A stretch of 64,000 bases of DNA from NCBI GenBank assembly GCA_019695055.1, contig JAIBAT010000028.1, positions 10,420 through 74,419 of the forward strand, written 5' to 3'. The notes below the pieces were generated by a model. The model worked only from the letters and a program-made list of their open reading frames with translations. It searched no databases and had not been told where the DNA came from. The stretch comes from Candidatus Sumerlaeaceae bacterium (lineage in GTDB: Bacteria; Sumerlaeota; Sumerlaeia; Sumerlaeales; Sumerlaeaceae). Both the position numbers and the translations under genes were made by a program. This document shows, in pieces, positions 1 to 8,942 of the stretch; position 1 is the first letter of the stretch; every line of letters begins with the position of its first letter.

Positions 1-1060
1 GCGCGATGCGGCCATAACGTCATCCGGCGTACCCATCAGCAGCGTGTTCACAGGGTCAAGGTTGCCCTTGATGAAGACTCGTTTGCCGAGGGTCTGGACG
101 GCATCCTTCAACTCAACCGTGCCCAGCGGGGGCGGGTCAAAGGTGTCGATGCCGTCCACGCCCGTCTGCTCCATAAGGTCGAGTCGGTCGCCAATGGCGC
201 CGCAAGTATGAACATAGATTGGAACATCGGGAAACTCGGATTTGATACCCGAGATGACCTTTTTCATATAGGGCAGCTCGAACTCTTCGTAGTGTGCGCG
301 TGATATCAAGCCCGCGCCGGTGAACGCCGAGGAAATGAGCAGCGCATCCGCCCCTGCCCGCGCATGAAGTCGACCCAGCGTGGCGGCGCCGTCGCTCAGG
401 CGATCCAGCATGGCGTGGCATTTGCCTGCGTCGTCCATCAGCGCCATGAGGCCGTTCGTATAGTCCAGCATTTCCATGAACTGGGAGAATGGAGAGAAGA
501 ATTCGGCATGAACGGCCACTTCGCCCTTCGTGAGCTCGCGCACGCGCTTGATGGTGTTGCATTCCCACGGCGGGAAGAAATCCTCGCCGCCAACGGGGGC
601 CGGTTCGTTGCTGAACCCCCACGAGTAGGGATAGGTGATGGCGGACAGATCGTGGGGCTCCATGTAGAAGAGCTTCTCCGGATCAACTTCCTCGAAGGTC
701 GGAAAATTGCGAACCTCCGGCTCAATGTAAACATGAGGATTGTCATCCGGCGGGGCGACGGTGAACATGCCGTTCTTCCAGTGGATGATCGTCTCGCCGC
801 CGACATCCTCGGTTTTGACGATGTTCTTGCGCCAATCAGGATCGCGACCGGGAAGGTTGATCAGGATGCCGTCGAACCCATACCGCCGCTGGAGCTGGAC
901 GAGTGCCTGGGCAAACGCCTCTGAGTCATGCCAGATATCGACGAATGGCTGGTCGGTGTTGAGAAAATAGTGCCCCAGCGCAAGCTGGCACATCACCGGC
1001 ACACGGTCCGGCGTCTTCTTCGCCATGGCCACGGCAACACGTTCACGGCTGTTCATGTTT
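1..1060 (-). CDS. Uroporphyrinogen decarboxylase (URO-D) fold protein (MtaA/CmuA-like methyltransferase family); C-terminus runs off the window start
   Basis: Manual minus-strand translation from ATG at 1058-1060 (GGAGG 8 nt upstream): MNSRERVAVAMAKKTPDRVPVMCQLALGHYFLNTDQPFVDIWHDSEAF...GNLDPVNTLLMGTPDDVMAASR, open to position 1. Absent from the ORF track, apparently because no stop codon falls inside the window. Confidence 0.65.
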
Positions 1061-1219
1061 CGACCTCCAAAACGTCATCCACAGATTTCACAGATTTAAG
1101 AACACAGAAATCGGGCAGCTTCTCAGCTGAAAGTTCGCTGCTTAGTAGAAGACTTGCGATTCCCCCGTTCCAGTCAAAGTGGCAAGTGCTTTTGATCACT
1201 CAATCCCCCCGAAAGTACA

Positions 1220-1474
1220 CTACCCTGTATTTTCTGTGGCTGGAATTCGTTTGAGTAGGTGATCTCCGCCACAGCGGTACTCACCGGGGCCGAGTCGCTG
1301 TTTGTTCACGCATCCACCACGAAAGGTACATTCGTCCTTGGCCGTCCGATAGGGGCACCGCTCGTGCTTTTTCTCTTCAATGGTGTCGGCAATTTCGCGG
1401 AATGTGTCTTCCATTGCCTGCCACGCACGGCGCATGCGATCGACATCAGGGCTATCGTCAGGCGAATGGGTCAT
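1220..1474 (-). CDS. Small hypothetical protein with 4 Cys (possible Zn-binding), last gene of the gspE/gspF operon
   Basis: 84-aa ORF 58 bp downstream of gspF on the same strand; weak RBS; no recognisable family. Confidence 0.3.
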   Translation of the reverse strand: MTHSPDDSPDVDRMRRAWQAMEDTFREIADTIEEKKHERCPYRTAKDECTFRGGCVNKQRLGPGEYRCGGDHLLKRIPATENTG

Positions 1475-1531
1475 TGTAATTCCATTGGCCCATTGCGCCT
1501 CATGGGCATGATTTCTTGCCAGTTTGCTGGA

Positions 1532-2761
1532 TTACTGGACGGTCAGCGACTTCGAATTCACCAGGTTGAAGTAGGGCTGGAACACGGCGAGAGCCAACAG
1601 GCCGACAGCAAACCCAAGGCAGACGATCAGCACGGGCTCGATGATGGACGTCAGCGTGCGCAGTTTGATGTCCACCTCGACGTCATAGGTGTCAGCGATT
1701 TTAAGGAGCATGGCATCCAGCGCACCAGCTTCATCGCCCACCATGACCATGTCCACGACCATGGGATCAAAGATGGGTTCGCTTCGCATGGGCTCTTCCA
1801 TCTTGCCGCCGCGCTCCACTGTATCACCAACGCGCTGCAGCGTGCGCTCGACCACATCGTTGTCGGAGGTATCTGCAGTGACGCGAAGGGCTGCAATCAG
1901 CGGAATGCCCGAGGCAATCAGGCTGCCCAGCGTTCGGCTGAACCGGGCCACGTTGAGCTTGCGGACCACATTGCCAAATATCGGAAGGCGCAACAGCAAC
2001 CAGTCGAACTGGCGACGGCCCATGCTGGATTTCAGGTAAAGCATGGCGACAACGATCACGCCGACAACCATGATCACCACTTTCATCCAGTTCGTGGTGA
2101 CATAGGTGGAGAAATTAAGCAGCCCGCGTGTCAGGGCGGGCAGGTCATCCGGGTTTGGGTAAGCCTTCATGAGCTGTGGAAGTGCGTAGAACACCACGAT
2201 GCCGATAACGATGAGCTCGACCATGAGGGCAATAAGGGGGTAAATCATGGAGCTGATGATACGACGGCGAATTTCTGATCGACGTTCAAGAAGGTCGGCC
2301 AGACGCCGCAGAGAGTCTTCCAAAATACCGCCGGCCTCGCCAGCACGGACCACGCCGACAAACGACGGCGAAAAAACCTTGCCGTGGGCCAGCATTGCCG
2401 TGCTGAGAGGCTGTCCCTCTTCCACACGCCTTGCCAGGTCCAGAGACACATTTCGAAGTGTCTTGTCCGTGCTGCGCTCGCCAAGGATGCGCAGCGATCG
2501 AAGCAGGGGAATGCCAACATCAATAAGCGTGGCAAGCTGGCGGCAGTATACGGACATCCGGTGCAGGTTGGCGCCAAAGAATCCACGTTTGCTGCCAGTG
2601 ACGCCTCCACCGGCAACGCTTGGGGGACGCGGGCTTGCGCCACCAGCAGTCGCGCCGGTCTCGCGCTGCAGTTCCTCCTGCTGACGGATCTTCTGGAGGA
2701 TGTCGTCCTTCAGGCTCGAACCCTTGTTTTCTTGTCCGGTTTCCTGTTCCTTGTCGGCCAT
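1532..2761 (-). CDS. gspF: Type II secretion / type IV pilus platform protein, GspF/PilC family
   Basis: 409 aa; typical GspF/PilC polytopic membrane layout and conserved segments (…RILGERSTDKTLRNVSLDLARRVEEGQPLSTAM…; two T2SF repeats). Confidence 0.85.
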   Translation of the reverse strand: MADKEQETGQENKGSSLKDDILQKIRQQEELQRETGATAGGASPRPPSVAGGGVTGSKRGFFGANLHRMSVYCRQLATLIDVGIPLLRSLRILGERSTDKTLRNVSLDLARRVEEGQPLSTAMLAHGKVFSPSFVGVVRAGEAGGILEDSLRRLADLLERRSEIRRRIISSMIYPLIALMVELIVIGIVVFYALPQLMKAYPNPDDLPALTRGLLNFSTYVTTNWMKVVIMVVGVIVVAMLYLKSSMGRRQFDWLLLRLPIFGNVVRKLNVARFSRTLGSLIASGIPLIAALRVTADTSDNDVVERTLQRVGDTVERGGKMEEPMRSEPIFDPMVVDMVMVGDEAGALDAMLLKIADTYDVEVDIKLRTLTSIIEPVLIVCLGFAVGLLALAVFQPYFNLVNSKSLTVQ

Positions 2762-2821
2762 GGCTGCAAAGTCCCTCTATGATGAGATGATAATAAACAA
2801 ATTTAATAATATACACAAGCT

Positions 2822-5053
2822 CTACTGCATCACAACAGCCTTCACGACTTCCTCGGGAGTGGTGATTCCCGCGAAAATTTTCTTAATGCCCACGGCCTTC
2901 AATGTATCGCCACGCAGGGCCGCCAACTCCTCCAGCTCGGTCTCGCCGGTTCCAGCCGCAATGGCCCTGCGCAAGTCACCCGTCACCTCGACCACTTCGA
3001 AAAGCCCGGTGCGCCCCCGATAGCCGGTATTGAGGCATCGACTGCATCCCTTGCCGTGGTAAATCTTCTTTCGGGTGCCCTCGGAAACACCCAACTCCTT
3101 GAGGAGTGGTTTCGGTGCTGAGTAGGACTCCTTGCAGTCCTCACAGATCTTTCGCACAAGGCGCTGGCCAATAATGCCCGACAAGGCCGATGCAATCAGA
3201 TAATGTGGTATACCCATGTGGGTCAGTGACGAGATTGCACCCACAGCCATATTGGTGTGAAGAGTTGAGAAGACCAAATGCCCGGTCAGCGCGGCCCGTA
3301 TTGCCGTCTGGGCAGTATCGGCATCGCGAACCTCGCCGACCATGATCACGTCCGGATCCTGGCGGAGAGCGCTGCGCAGGCCATTTGCAAACGTGAGATC
3401 AATATTCGCGTCCACCTGGACTTGAGTGATGCCTTCGAGCATGTACTCGACAGGATCCTCAATGGTGATGATGTTCGAGCCCTCGTTGTTTGCCGTGCTA
3501 AGACATGCGTAAAGCGTAGAGGTCTTGCCACTGCCGGTGGGGCCGGTCACGAGAATCAGTCCGTGGGGCCGCAACACCATGCGCTCCATGGTCTTGTTCT
3601 GCTCAGGCTCCAGTCCGAGATCCGGCAGGCCGGTCATTACGCGACTGCTGTCGAGGACACGCATAACGATTTTCTCGCCGTAGACCGATGGGAGCGTGGA
3701 AATGCGAAAATCGTAGGACCCGTTGCGAGTTTCGAAACTGAGATGTCCATCCAGTGGACGCCGGCGCTCGGTCACGTTCATGGAGGCCAGCGCCTTGATG
3801 CGCGATGTGATGGACAGGGCCATTTCCGTCGGCGTCTTCATGACATTGTGCAGCAAGCCGTCCACCCGGTAACGCACGCGTACAGCCTCAAGTTGTGGCT
3901 CGATGTGGATGTCCGTGGCACCGATATCCACGGCGCTCTCAATGATTTGAGAGACGAGCTGAACCGCAGAAAGATTATCCACGAAGACTTCGGCAGGCTT
4001 GCGTGTCGTGTCCCCCTCAGCGACACGGGTGGCTTTCTCTCCAACACCCTCGGCGGACGTTTTCGCTGCTGGCTTGATGACACGGGGGGCTGACGCCATG
4101 GGCATGGACATAAGTGGTTTCCCGGAAGTGTCGCTTTGGGGAACGAGTGTTTCCAGCTTTGCCAGCAAGTCACTGTGGGATGCATAGATCATGGAAACTC
4201 GCTTGCCGGTCAGCAGCGTGATGGCATCTGCCAGCGAAAGATTAAACGGATCGGCCGTCCCGATTTCAAAATTGTTGTCCTGAATGGTAAGCGGCACGAA
4301 CAACTGGCGCCGCATGAACTCAGTCGGGAACCGCTGCAGCAGTTCCGGCGCAACGTCGCAGGCCGCCAAATCCACCATGGGCAGTTCGATGCCGCGCTCG
4401 AGCGTCGCCACCAGGTCATCCTGGGAAATGTACTTGAGATTTTCGAGGGTCTGCGACAGCGGTGCCATTGTCACGGCACGGCTTTCGAGGGCCTTCGAGT
4501 AGTCTTCCTTCGTAATCAGGCTGTTGTATATCAGGATATCCCCGGCCAGCAGGGTGCGGTTGTCCTGCCCGAATTCCGTCTGATGATCGGCGACCGACTG
4601 CTCCACTATTTCCGGCGAGATCAACTTCTGGGCGCACAACACGTCATAAACATTGAGGGCGTTTTTCTCGGCCAGATCCAATGCCGATACGAGCGCCCCC
4701 TCCGTCATCAATTTTTGCCGGATAAGGTGATGACAAAGCCGCGCCACGTCCGGCTGGTTGGCCTTGAGCATGCTTAGAATTTCGTCCGGCAGCAGCTTGA
4801 CCGCGCTTCGCAGTGTTTTCGCCATGTCGGAGGCAGTGCTGGCCTTGCCCGATTTCAGTGTCACCACGTCAAGCGTGAGGAAATCCTTTATGGCACCAAG
4901 GGAGGCCTCCTGAAACAGCACCTGACGCAGGGATTTCTCGCCCGTGGCTCCCACCTGCTTGGCAACCGCCTGCCAGTGGGTCTCGTCCAAGACACCCGCC
5001 TCGCGCAAAACCAGCGCCATCCGCAGCGTCTTGTCGTTAAGGGTCGCCGTCAC
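2822..5053 (-). CDS. gspE: GspE/PilB-family secretion ATPase with extended N-terminal region (repeated GspE_N/MshEN-like modules) and C-terminal CxxC...CxxC
   Basis: Walker A LVTGPTGSGKTSTLYA, Asp and His boxes, C-terminal tetracysteine CEDC…CSRC. 743 aa, i.e. about 200-250 aa longer than canonical GspE. Confidence 0.9.
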   Translation of the reverse strand: MTATLNDKTLRMALVLREAGVLDETHWQAVAKQVGATGEKSLRQVLFQEASLGAIKDFLTLDVVTLKSGKASTASDMAKTLRSAVKLLPDEILSMLKANQPDVARLCHHLIRQKLMTEGALVSALDLAEKNALNVYDVLCAQKLISPEIVEQSVADHQTEFGQDNRTLLAGDILIYNSLITKEDYSKALESRAVTMAPLSQTLENLKYISQDDLVATLERGIELPMVDLAACDVAPELLQRFPTEFMRRQLFVPLTIQDNNFEIGTADPFNLSLADAITLLTGKRVSMIYASHSDLLAKLETLVPQSDTSGKPLMSMPMASAPRVIKPAAKTSAEGVGEKATRVAEGDTTRKPAEVFVDNLSAVQLVSQIIESAVDIGATDIHIEPQLEAVRVRYRVDGLLHNVMKTPTEMALSITSRIKALASMNVTERRRPLDGHLSFETRNGSYDFRISTLPSVYGEKIVMRVLDSSRVMTGLPDLGLEPEQNKTMERMVLRPHGLILVTGPTGSGKTSTLYACLSTANNEGSNIITIEDPVEYMLEGITQVQVDANIDLTFANGLRSALRQDPDVIMVGEVRDADTAQTAIRAALTGHLVFSTLHTNMAVGAISSLTHMGIPHYLIASALSGIIGQRLVRKICEDCKESYSAPKPLLKELGVSEGTRKKIYHGKGCSRCLNTGYRGRTGLFEVVEVTGDLRRAIAAGTGETELEELAALRGDTLKAVGIKKIFAGITTPEEVVKAVVMQ

Positions 5054-5529
5054 TTGCGCTTCTCCTGCAGCAGAATGCGCGCTGAGCGTTTGCCCGCCGT
5101 ATTCAGGAGAAACATAGCTTCCATGGTATCGCGCGCCTTGCCCCCCGCGCCCGGCATCAGCGCCACGACCTTGACCATTGTGTCGCCATCGCGGGCGTGA
5201 AGCGCTGGAGCCATATAATTGTCCGCAGGCGCAAGGCCCGTGGTCACCGTAACTTCAATGGGCTGGCCGGGACCGACCTTTTCCGCAGGCACCGGGACGG
5301 TCCTTTCCGGTCCCTTGATGTCCGCGCCGGGAATGTCGCCCGCTTCCAATCGAACTGCGGCGTTTTCAATGGCGGCTGCCAGCCTGAAGTCCGTCACATC
5401 GAACTGCACCACGTGGTGTGTCACATCTGCCGCAGTCGCCGCGCTCATTACGAGAATCGTGAGCACAGCCAGCACGCCAATGGCTGCCAGCAGGGCAAAT
5501 CCGCTGTGTGTCCTAGCCAGAGTCTTCAT
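5050..5529 (-). CDS. Hypothetical N-terminally membrane-anchored protein in the pseudopilin operon (possible divergent minor pseudopilin)
   Basis: 159 aa; N-terminus MKTLARTHSGFALLAAIGVLAVLTILV resembles a prepilin leader plus hydrophobic helix but lacks Glu at +5; ATGA overlap with gspE. Confidence 0.4.
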   Translation of the reverse strand: MKTLARTHSGFALLAAIGVLAVLTILVMSAATAADVTHHVVQFDVTDFRLAAAIENAAVRLEAGDIPGADIKGPERTVPVPAEKVGPGQPIEVTVTTGLAPADNYMAPALHARDGDTMVKVVALMPGAGGKARDTMEAMFLLNTAGKRSARILLQEKRK

Positions 5530-6233
5530 CAGGGCACCGCCACGGCGGAGGTGAATGTGAACCCGAGGTTACGCCCCGAGCCATCCTTCGCATCCGCAAA
5601 ATTCTTGAAGGTTGGCCGGTTTGGCCACACGCGCACCGCAAATTCCACAAGCCGGGGCGTTGCGGAAGCGTCGGCCTTCCAAACGGCATCTGTTCCCTTA
5701 AACTCCGAGGCATAGCGGAATGAGATTTCGCTCTGGTAGCGATCCGTATTGCTACCCAGCGGCTTGCTGCGGCCGCCTTCGCCTTCGGCCGAAGTATTCT
5801 TCAACATCACGTGCCTTGAACCTGCACTGGTGCCGTTTGAAATGCCGCAGAGGATTTCCTCGGCACTCGTGCCGAGCGCGAGTGAAAGTACAGTCAGTTC
5901 TCCGGCAGTGAACTTATCCGTTTTTGACACTTGGGGTGCGACGGTCTTTGCGGCTGTCGCCGTGGTCTCGCCGCCGGCCGCGGCGTCCTGCCCCGCACCA
6001 CCTGACGCCAATTCGCCTGCCGGGAGGCGAAAGCGGATAATGCGCTCCACCATGCGGCCAATCACAAGGCCCTCGCGGTGCAATTCCTGCTCCATCAGCA
6101 ACCGGTCGGCCTCGCGCTGGGTTTCGATGAACGCGCCCAGGATCAGCCCGAAAACAACGGTTCCAATTCCGACGACGACAATAATTTCCACGATGGTAAA
6201 GGCGCGTCGCGCTGCGCCGAAAATCTTTCTCAT
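5529..6233 (-). CDS. Prepilin-type N-terminal cleavage/methylation domain protein (pseudopilin, GspJ/GspH-like)
   Basis: N-terminus RRAFTIVEIIVVVGIGTVVFGL (F-T-I-V-E prepilin motif and hydrophobic helix); overlaps its neighbours. Confidence 0.6.
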   Translation of the reverse strand: MRKIFGAARRAFTIVEIIVVVGIGTVVFGLILGAFIETQREADRLLMEQELHREGLVIGRMVERIIRFRLPAGELASGGAGQDAAAGGETTATAAKTVAPQVSKTDKFTAGELTVLSLALGTSAEEILCGISNGTSAGSRHVMLKNTSAEGEGGRSKPLGSNTDRYQSEISFRYASEFKGTDAVWKADASATPRLVEFAVRVWPNRPTFKNFADAKDGSGRNLGFTFTSAVAVP

Positions 6234-6676
6234 GCGCCGCCTCCCCCCTTGGGGATTAACACCCAGCCACCAATACGCGCCACGGGGCCCTTGTTGCCAG
6301 CGGGGCCGGATTGGGATACGTCAACCCGCACGTACACACGATTCTTGTTAGCCGGGTCGGGCCGCAATCCCGCGCGCCACACATACTTCGCGTTCTGTTC
6401 AAACGCTTGCGGACCATCCGCGGGCAGGTTCAAATCCTCGCCCTCCGCAGCGGACAAGCCGGAAATGGCTGCAGCCAGTGCCGGGCCCGAGGCTCTCAGT
6501 TCCTCGAACTTCAACTCGCCCAGTCCTGCAGCCTGCATTTTGATTTCGGCAAGCGCCGCCGATCCCCGCGAACGCAGCAACAATTCGGCAATCCCGAATA
6601 TCCCTACGCTCAGAACCGCGAGAGCGACCAGCACTTCTATGAGAGTAACCGCACGCCTTGGTGACAAAGTTTTCAT
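6230..6676 (-). CDS. Prepilin-type N-terminal cleavage/methylation domain protein (pseudopilin, GspI/GspH-like)
   Basis: N-terminus MKTLSPRRAVTLIEVLVALAVLSVGIFG (TLIE motif); first gene of the minus-strand operon. Confidence 0.65.
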   Translation of the reverse strand: MKTLSPRRAVTLIEVLVALAVLSVGIFGIAELLLRSRGSAALAEIKMQAAGLGELKFEELRASGPALAAAISGLSAAEGEDLNLPADGPQAFEQNAKYVWRAGLRPDPANKNRVYVRVDVSQSGPAGNKGPVARIGGWVLIPKGGGGA

Positions 6677-6725
6677 CGCAAACTCGCAACAATGGTGGGT
6701 AACGCTGTACTAACGACTGAGAGAC

Positions 6726-7706
6726 ATGGTTCCACGAACGATAGCTGTCAAAGCGAAACTGACGCGCGGCGCATTTCAGCTGCTTTGCGCCGCCTTCCTG
6801 CTGCTTGGCGCAGAACCCCGCTCATCTTCTGCTGTCGGGGACGCCCCAACGTCCGCACCGTTCCGCATCGGCTACCTGCGTGGCGATCCCGAGGCGCCTC
6901 TTGATTCAGGCGTCTTTTTTCGACTGCGCGAGTATCTGCTTGCCCGTCCGCCCATCCGTGACGCCGTCACCAGTGGCGCCGTGTCGGACATCGTACTACT
7001 GGCGTCCGATTCACACCAGGATCTCATCCAGCGGATGGATCAGAACGAGTTCGACCTGGTCTTCTGCTCGTCCATTGATTATGTGACGCAAACGGGCGAC
7101 TACGAGGCGATCTACCAGCTGCGCCGCTCGAAACGCGACCGTTTTGATCCGCGGGGCAGCCGCGTCTTCCATAGTGGCGTTATCTTCGTGAACAACCGCA
7201 GCCCACTGTTCTCCGGGGATATAACGCCCGCGCGGCTTGCGGACTATTTTCAGCGTCGGGAAATCGCCATGGTTGGGAGCTTCAGCGCCGCCGGCTATGT
7301 GTACCCCCGGCTCAAGATCGCCAGCCTCACCACCGGCACCGCCGATCTCGCAGTGCGCTTCTGCGACACGCCGGAGGAGGTCGTGAAGTACGTCATCAAC
7401 GGTGTTGTGGAAGTCGGGGCGGCCGACAACGGCGTCATCGAGGAGGTTCTTTCCAGCAAAAAACTAGACTCTGAATTGGCGAAACTGGTTCGCGTGGTCA
7501 TCGAGACAGACAATATTCCCACGGACCCCGTTGCCCTGCGCCGCAAGTGGCTGCCCCGCAATAGTGACCTGGGCCGCGAAATCCGAGACGGCATCCGCCA
7601 GTTCTTTGCGCGCGACAAGCAGCTCCCGCAGCTACAGGCCTCGTCCAGCGAGAAATTCGAGGATTTGCGGCAGAACTTGGTTCTGTTCCGCGCATTGCCT
7701 CGTTAG
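6726..7706 (+). CDS. Secreted periplasmic substrate-binding-like protein (PhnD/SsuA-type fold suspected)
   Basis: 326 aa with signal peptide (AFQLLCAAFLLLGA); general alpha/beta SBP-like composition; family call not secure. Confidence 0.35.
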   Translation: MVPRTIAVKAKLTRGAFQLLCAAFLLLGAEPRSSSAVGDAPTSAPFRIGYLRGDPEAPLDSGVFFRLREYLLARPPIRDAVTSGAVSDIVLLASDSHQDLIQRMDQNEFDLVFCSSIDYVTQTGDYEAIYQLRRSKRDRFDPRGSRVFHSGVIFVNNRSPLFSGDITPARLADYFQRREIAMVGSFSAAGYVYPRLKIASLTTGTADLAVRFCDTPEEVVKYVINGVVEVGAADNGVIEEVLSSKKLDSELAKLVRVVIETDNIPTDPVALRRKWLPRNSDLGREIRDGIRQFFARDKQLPQLQASSSEKFEDLRQNLVLFRALPR

Positions 7707-7759
7707 CTCAGCGAATCTCCCCTTGAAACCTCCCACGACGGCTTCCACCTTGTCTCCCC

Positions 7760-8770
7760 ATGAGCTTAAATGAAGAACTGAAAACCACCGAGGACGCTGC
7801 TCTAGCGAAGATCGGCGCTGCCGGGGACGTGGCCGCCTTGGAGCGCGTTCGGCCCGAAGCCCTTGGCAAAAGCAGTGCCCTGCGCGGTTTCCTGCGCCAG
7901 CTTGGAAAGTTGCCCGCCGAGGAGCGCCCTGAAGCGGGACGCGTTATCAACGAGGCCCAGGCGCGGGTCGAGGCCGCCTTTGAGGAGAAGCTTGCCACCC
8001 TGCGCGACGCCGAACTGGCGCGACGCCTGGACACGGAACGCGTGGACGTCACGATGCCCCCACCGCGGCCCATCACAGGAAGCCTCCATCCTCTCACGCT
8101 CACCCGACGTGAGGTGGAACGGATCTTCATCAGCATGGGCTATGAGGTCGCCGAGGGCCCCGAGATTGAAACCGAGTATAACAACTTCGACGCCCTTAAT
8201 ATTAAGGCCGACCACCCCGCACGGGATATGCACGACACCTTCTATCTGGATACGCCCGCGGGTGGAATTCTCCGCACCCATACGTCGCCGGTTCAGATCC
8301 GCTACATGCTTAAGCACAAGCCGCCGTTGGCTATTATAGCGCCTGGACGGGTATTTCGCGTGGACGACGTAGACGCGACTCACTCGCCGGTGTTTCACCA
8401 GGTGGAGGGGCTGCTCGTGGACAAGAAGGTCTCCATGGCCCATCTGAAAAGCACTCTCATTGAGTTCCTGCGGGCACTTTATAGCGATGATATCGAAATT
8501 CGGTTCCGACCCAGCTACTTCCCGTTTACGGAGCCCAGTGCCGAAATTGACATGAAATGGCGCAGCGGTAAGGGTGATACATGGTTGGAAATGGGCGGCG
8601 CCGGCATGGTGCACCCGAATGTGCTGAGGAACGTGGGAATCGACCCGGCGGAGTACAGCGGTTTCGCCTTTGGCTGCGGGCTGGAGCGTCTCGCCATGCT
8701 TCGCTACGGCCTAAGTGCCATGCGCCCCCTGTACGAGAACGACATCCGCTATTTGCGGCAGTTTCGTTAG
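7760..8770 (+). CDS. pheS: Phenylalanine--tRNA ligase alpha subunit
   Basis: Class II aaRS motifs: FRPSYFPFTEPSAEIDM, GAGMVHPNVL, GFAFGCGLERLAML. No pheT is adjacent. Confidence 0.95.
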   Translation: MSLNEELKTTEDAALAKIGAAGDVAALERVRPEALGKSSALRGFLRQLGKLPAEERPEAGRVINEAQARVEAAFEEKLATLRDAELARRLDTERVDVTMPPPRPITGSLHPLTLTRREVERIFISMGYEVAEGPEIETEYNNFDALNIKADHPARDMHDTFYLDTPAGGILRTHTSPVQIRYMLKHKPPLAIIAPGRVFRVDDVDATHSPVFHQVEGLLVDKKVSMAHLKSTLIEFLRALYSDDIEIRFRPSYFPFTEPSAEIDMKWRSGKGDTWLEMGGAGMVHPNVLRNVGIDPAEYSGFAFGCGLERLAMLRYGLSAMRPLYENDIRYLRQFR

Positions 8771-8942
8771 CCCCAGCGGCCAGCCCTTACCCACGGCTCG
8801 TGGCGGAAATAATCCTTGCGCTGCCCCGAATTTTGGGGCCTTTCTCCGGGTTAGATAATTGACAGCAGTGTTTTTAGCCGGGGATACTACACGCCCGGGA
8901 TTTGATGCTGTCTATAAAACGATTGGGAAACCGTACGACAGA

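Noticed and set aside
1061-1219. Possible cobalamin riboswitch upstream of the URO-D/MtaA-like gene
   Set aside because: The minus-strand leader contains GCCACU and a GGGGGAAUC stretch, but lacks the B12-box context (GGUG…AA…UCC, GCCACUG…GGGAAGGC). No convincing fold was found.
1259-2278. 339-aa plus-strand ORF antisense to gspF. Similar long antisense ORFs occur at 3278-4093, 9789-10541, 31827-33512, 38794-39843, 42397-43740, 45651-46805, 53197-54645 and 55792-57174.
   Set aside because: High-GC genomes generate long stop-free antisense frames. The translations are low-complexity (Arg/Ala/Gly/His-rich) with no family motifs, whereas the opposite strand carries clear homolog-like proteins in each case.
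8859-8942. Upstream extension of the SurA-like ORF (MTAVFLAGDTTRPGFDAVYKTIGKPYDR)
   Set aside because: The downstream ATG at 8943 gives a canonical signal peptide. The extension has no RBS support.
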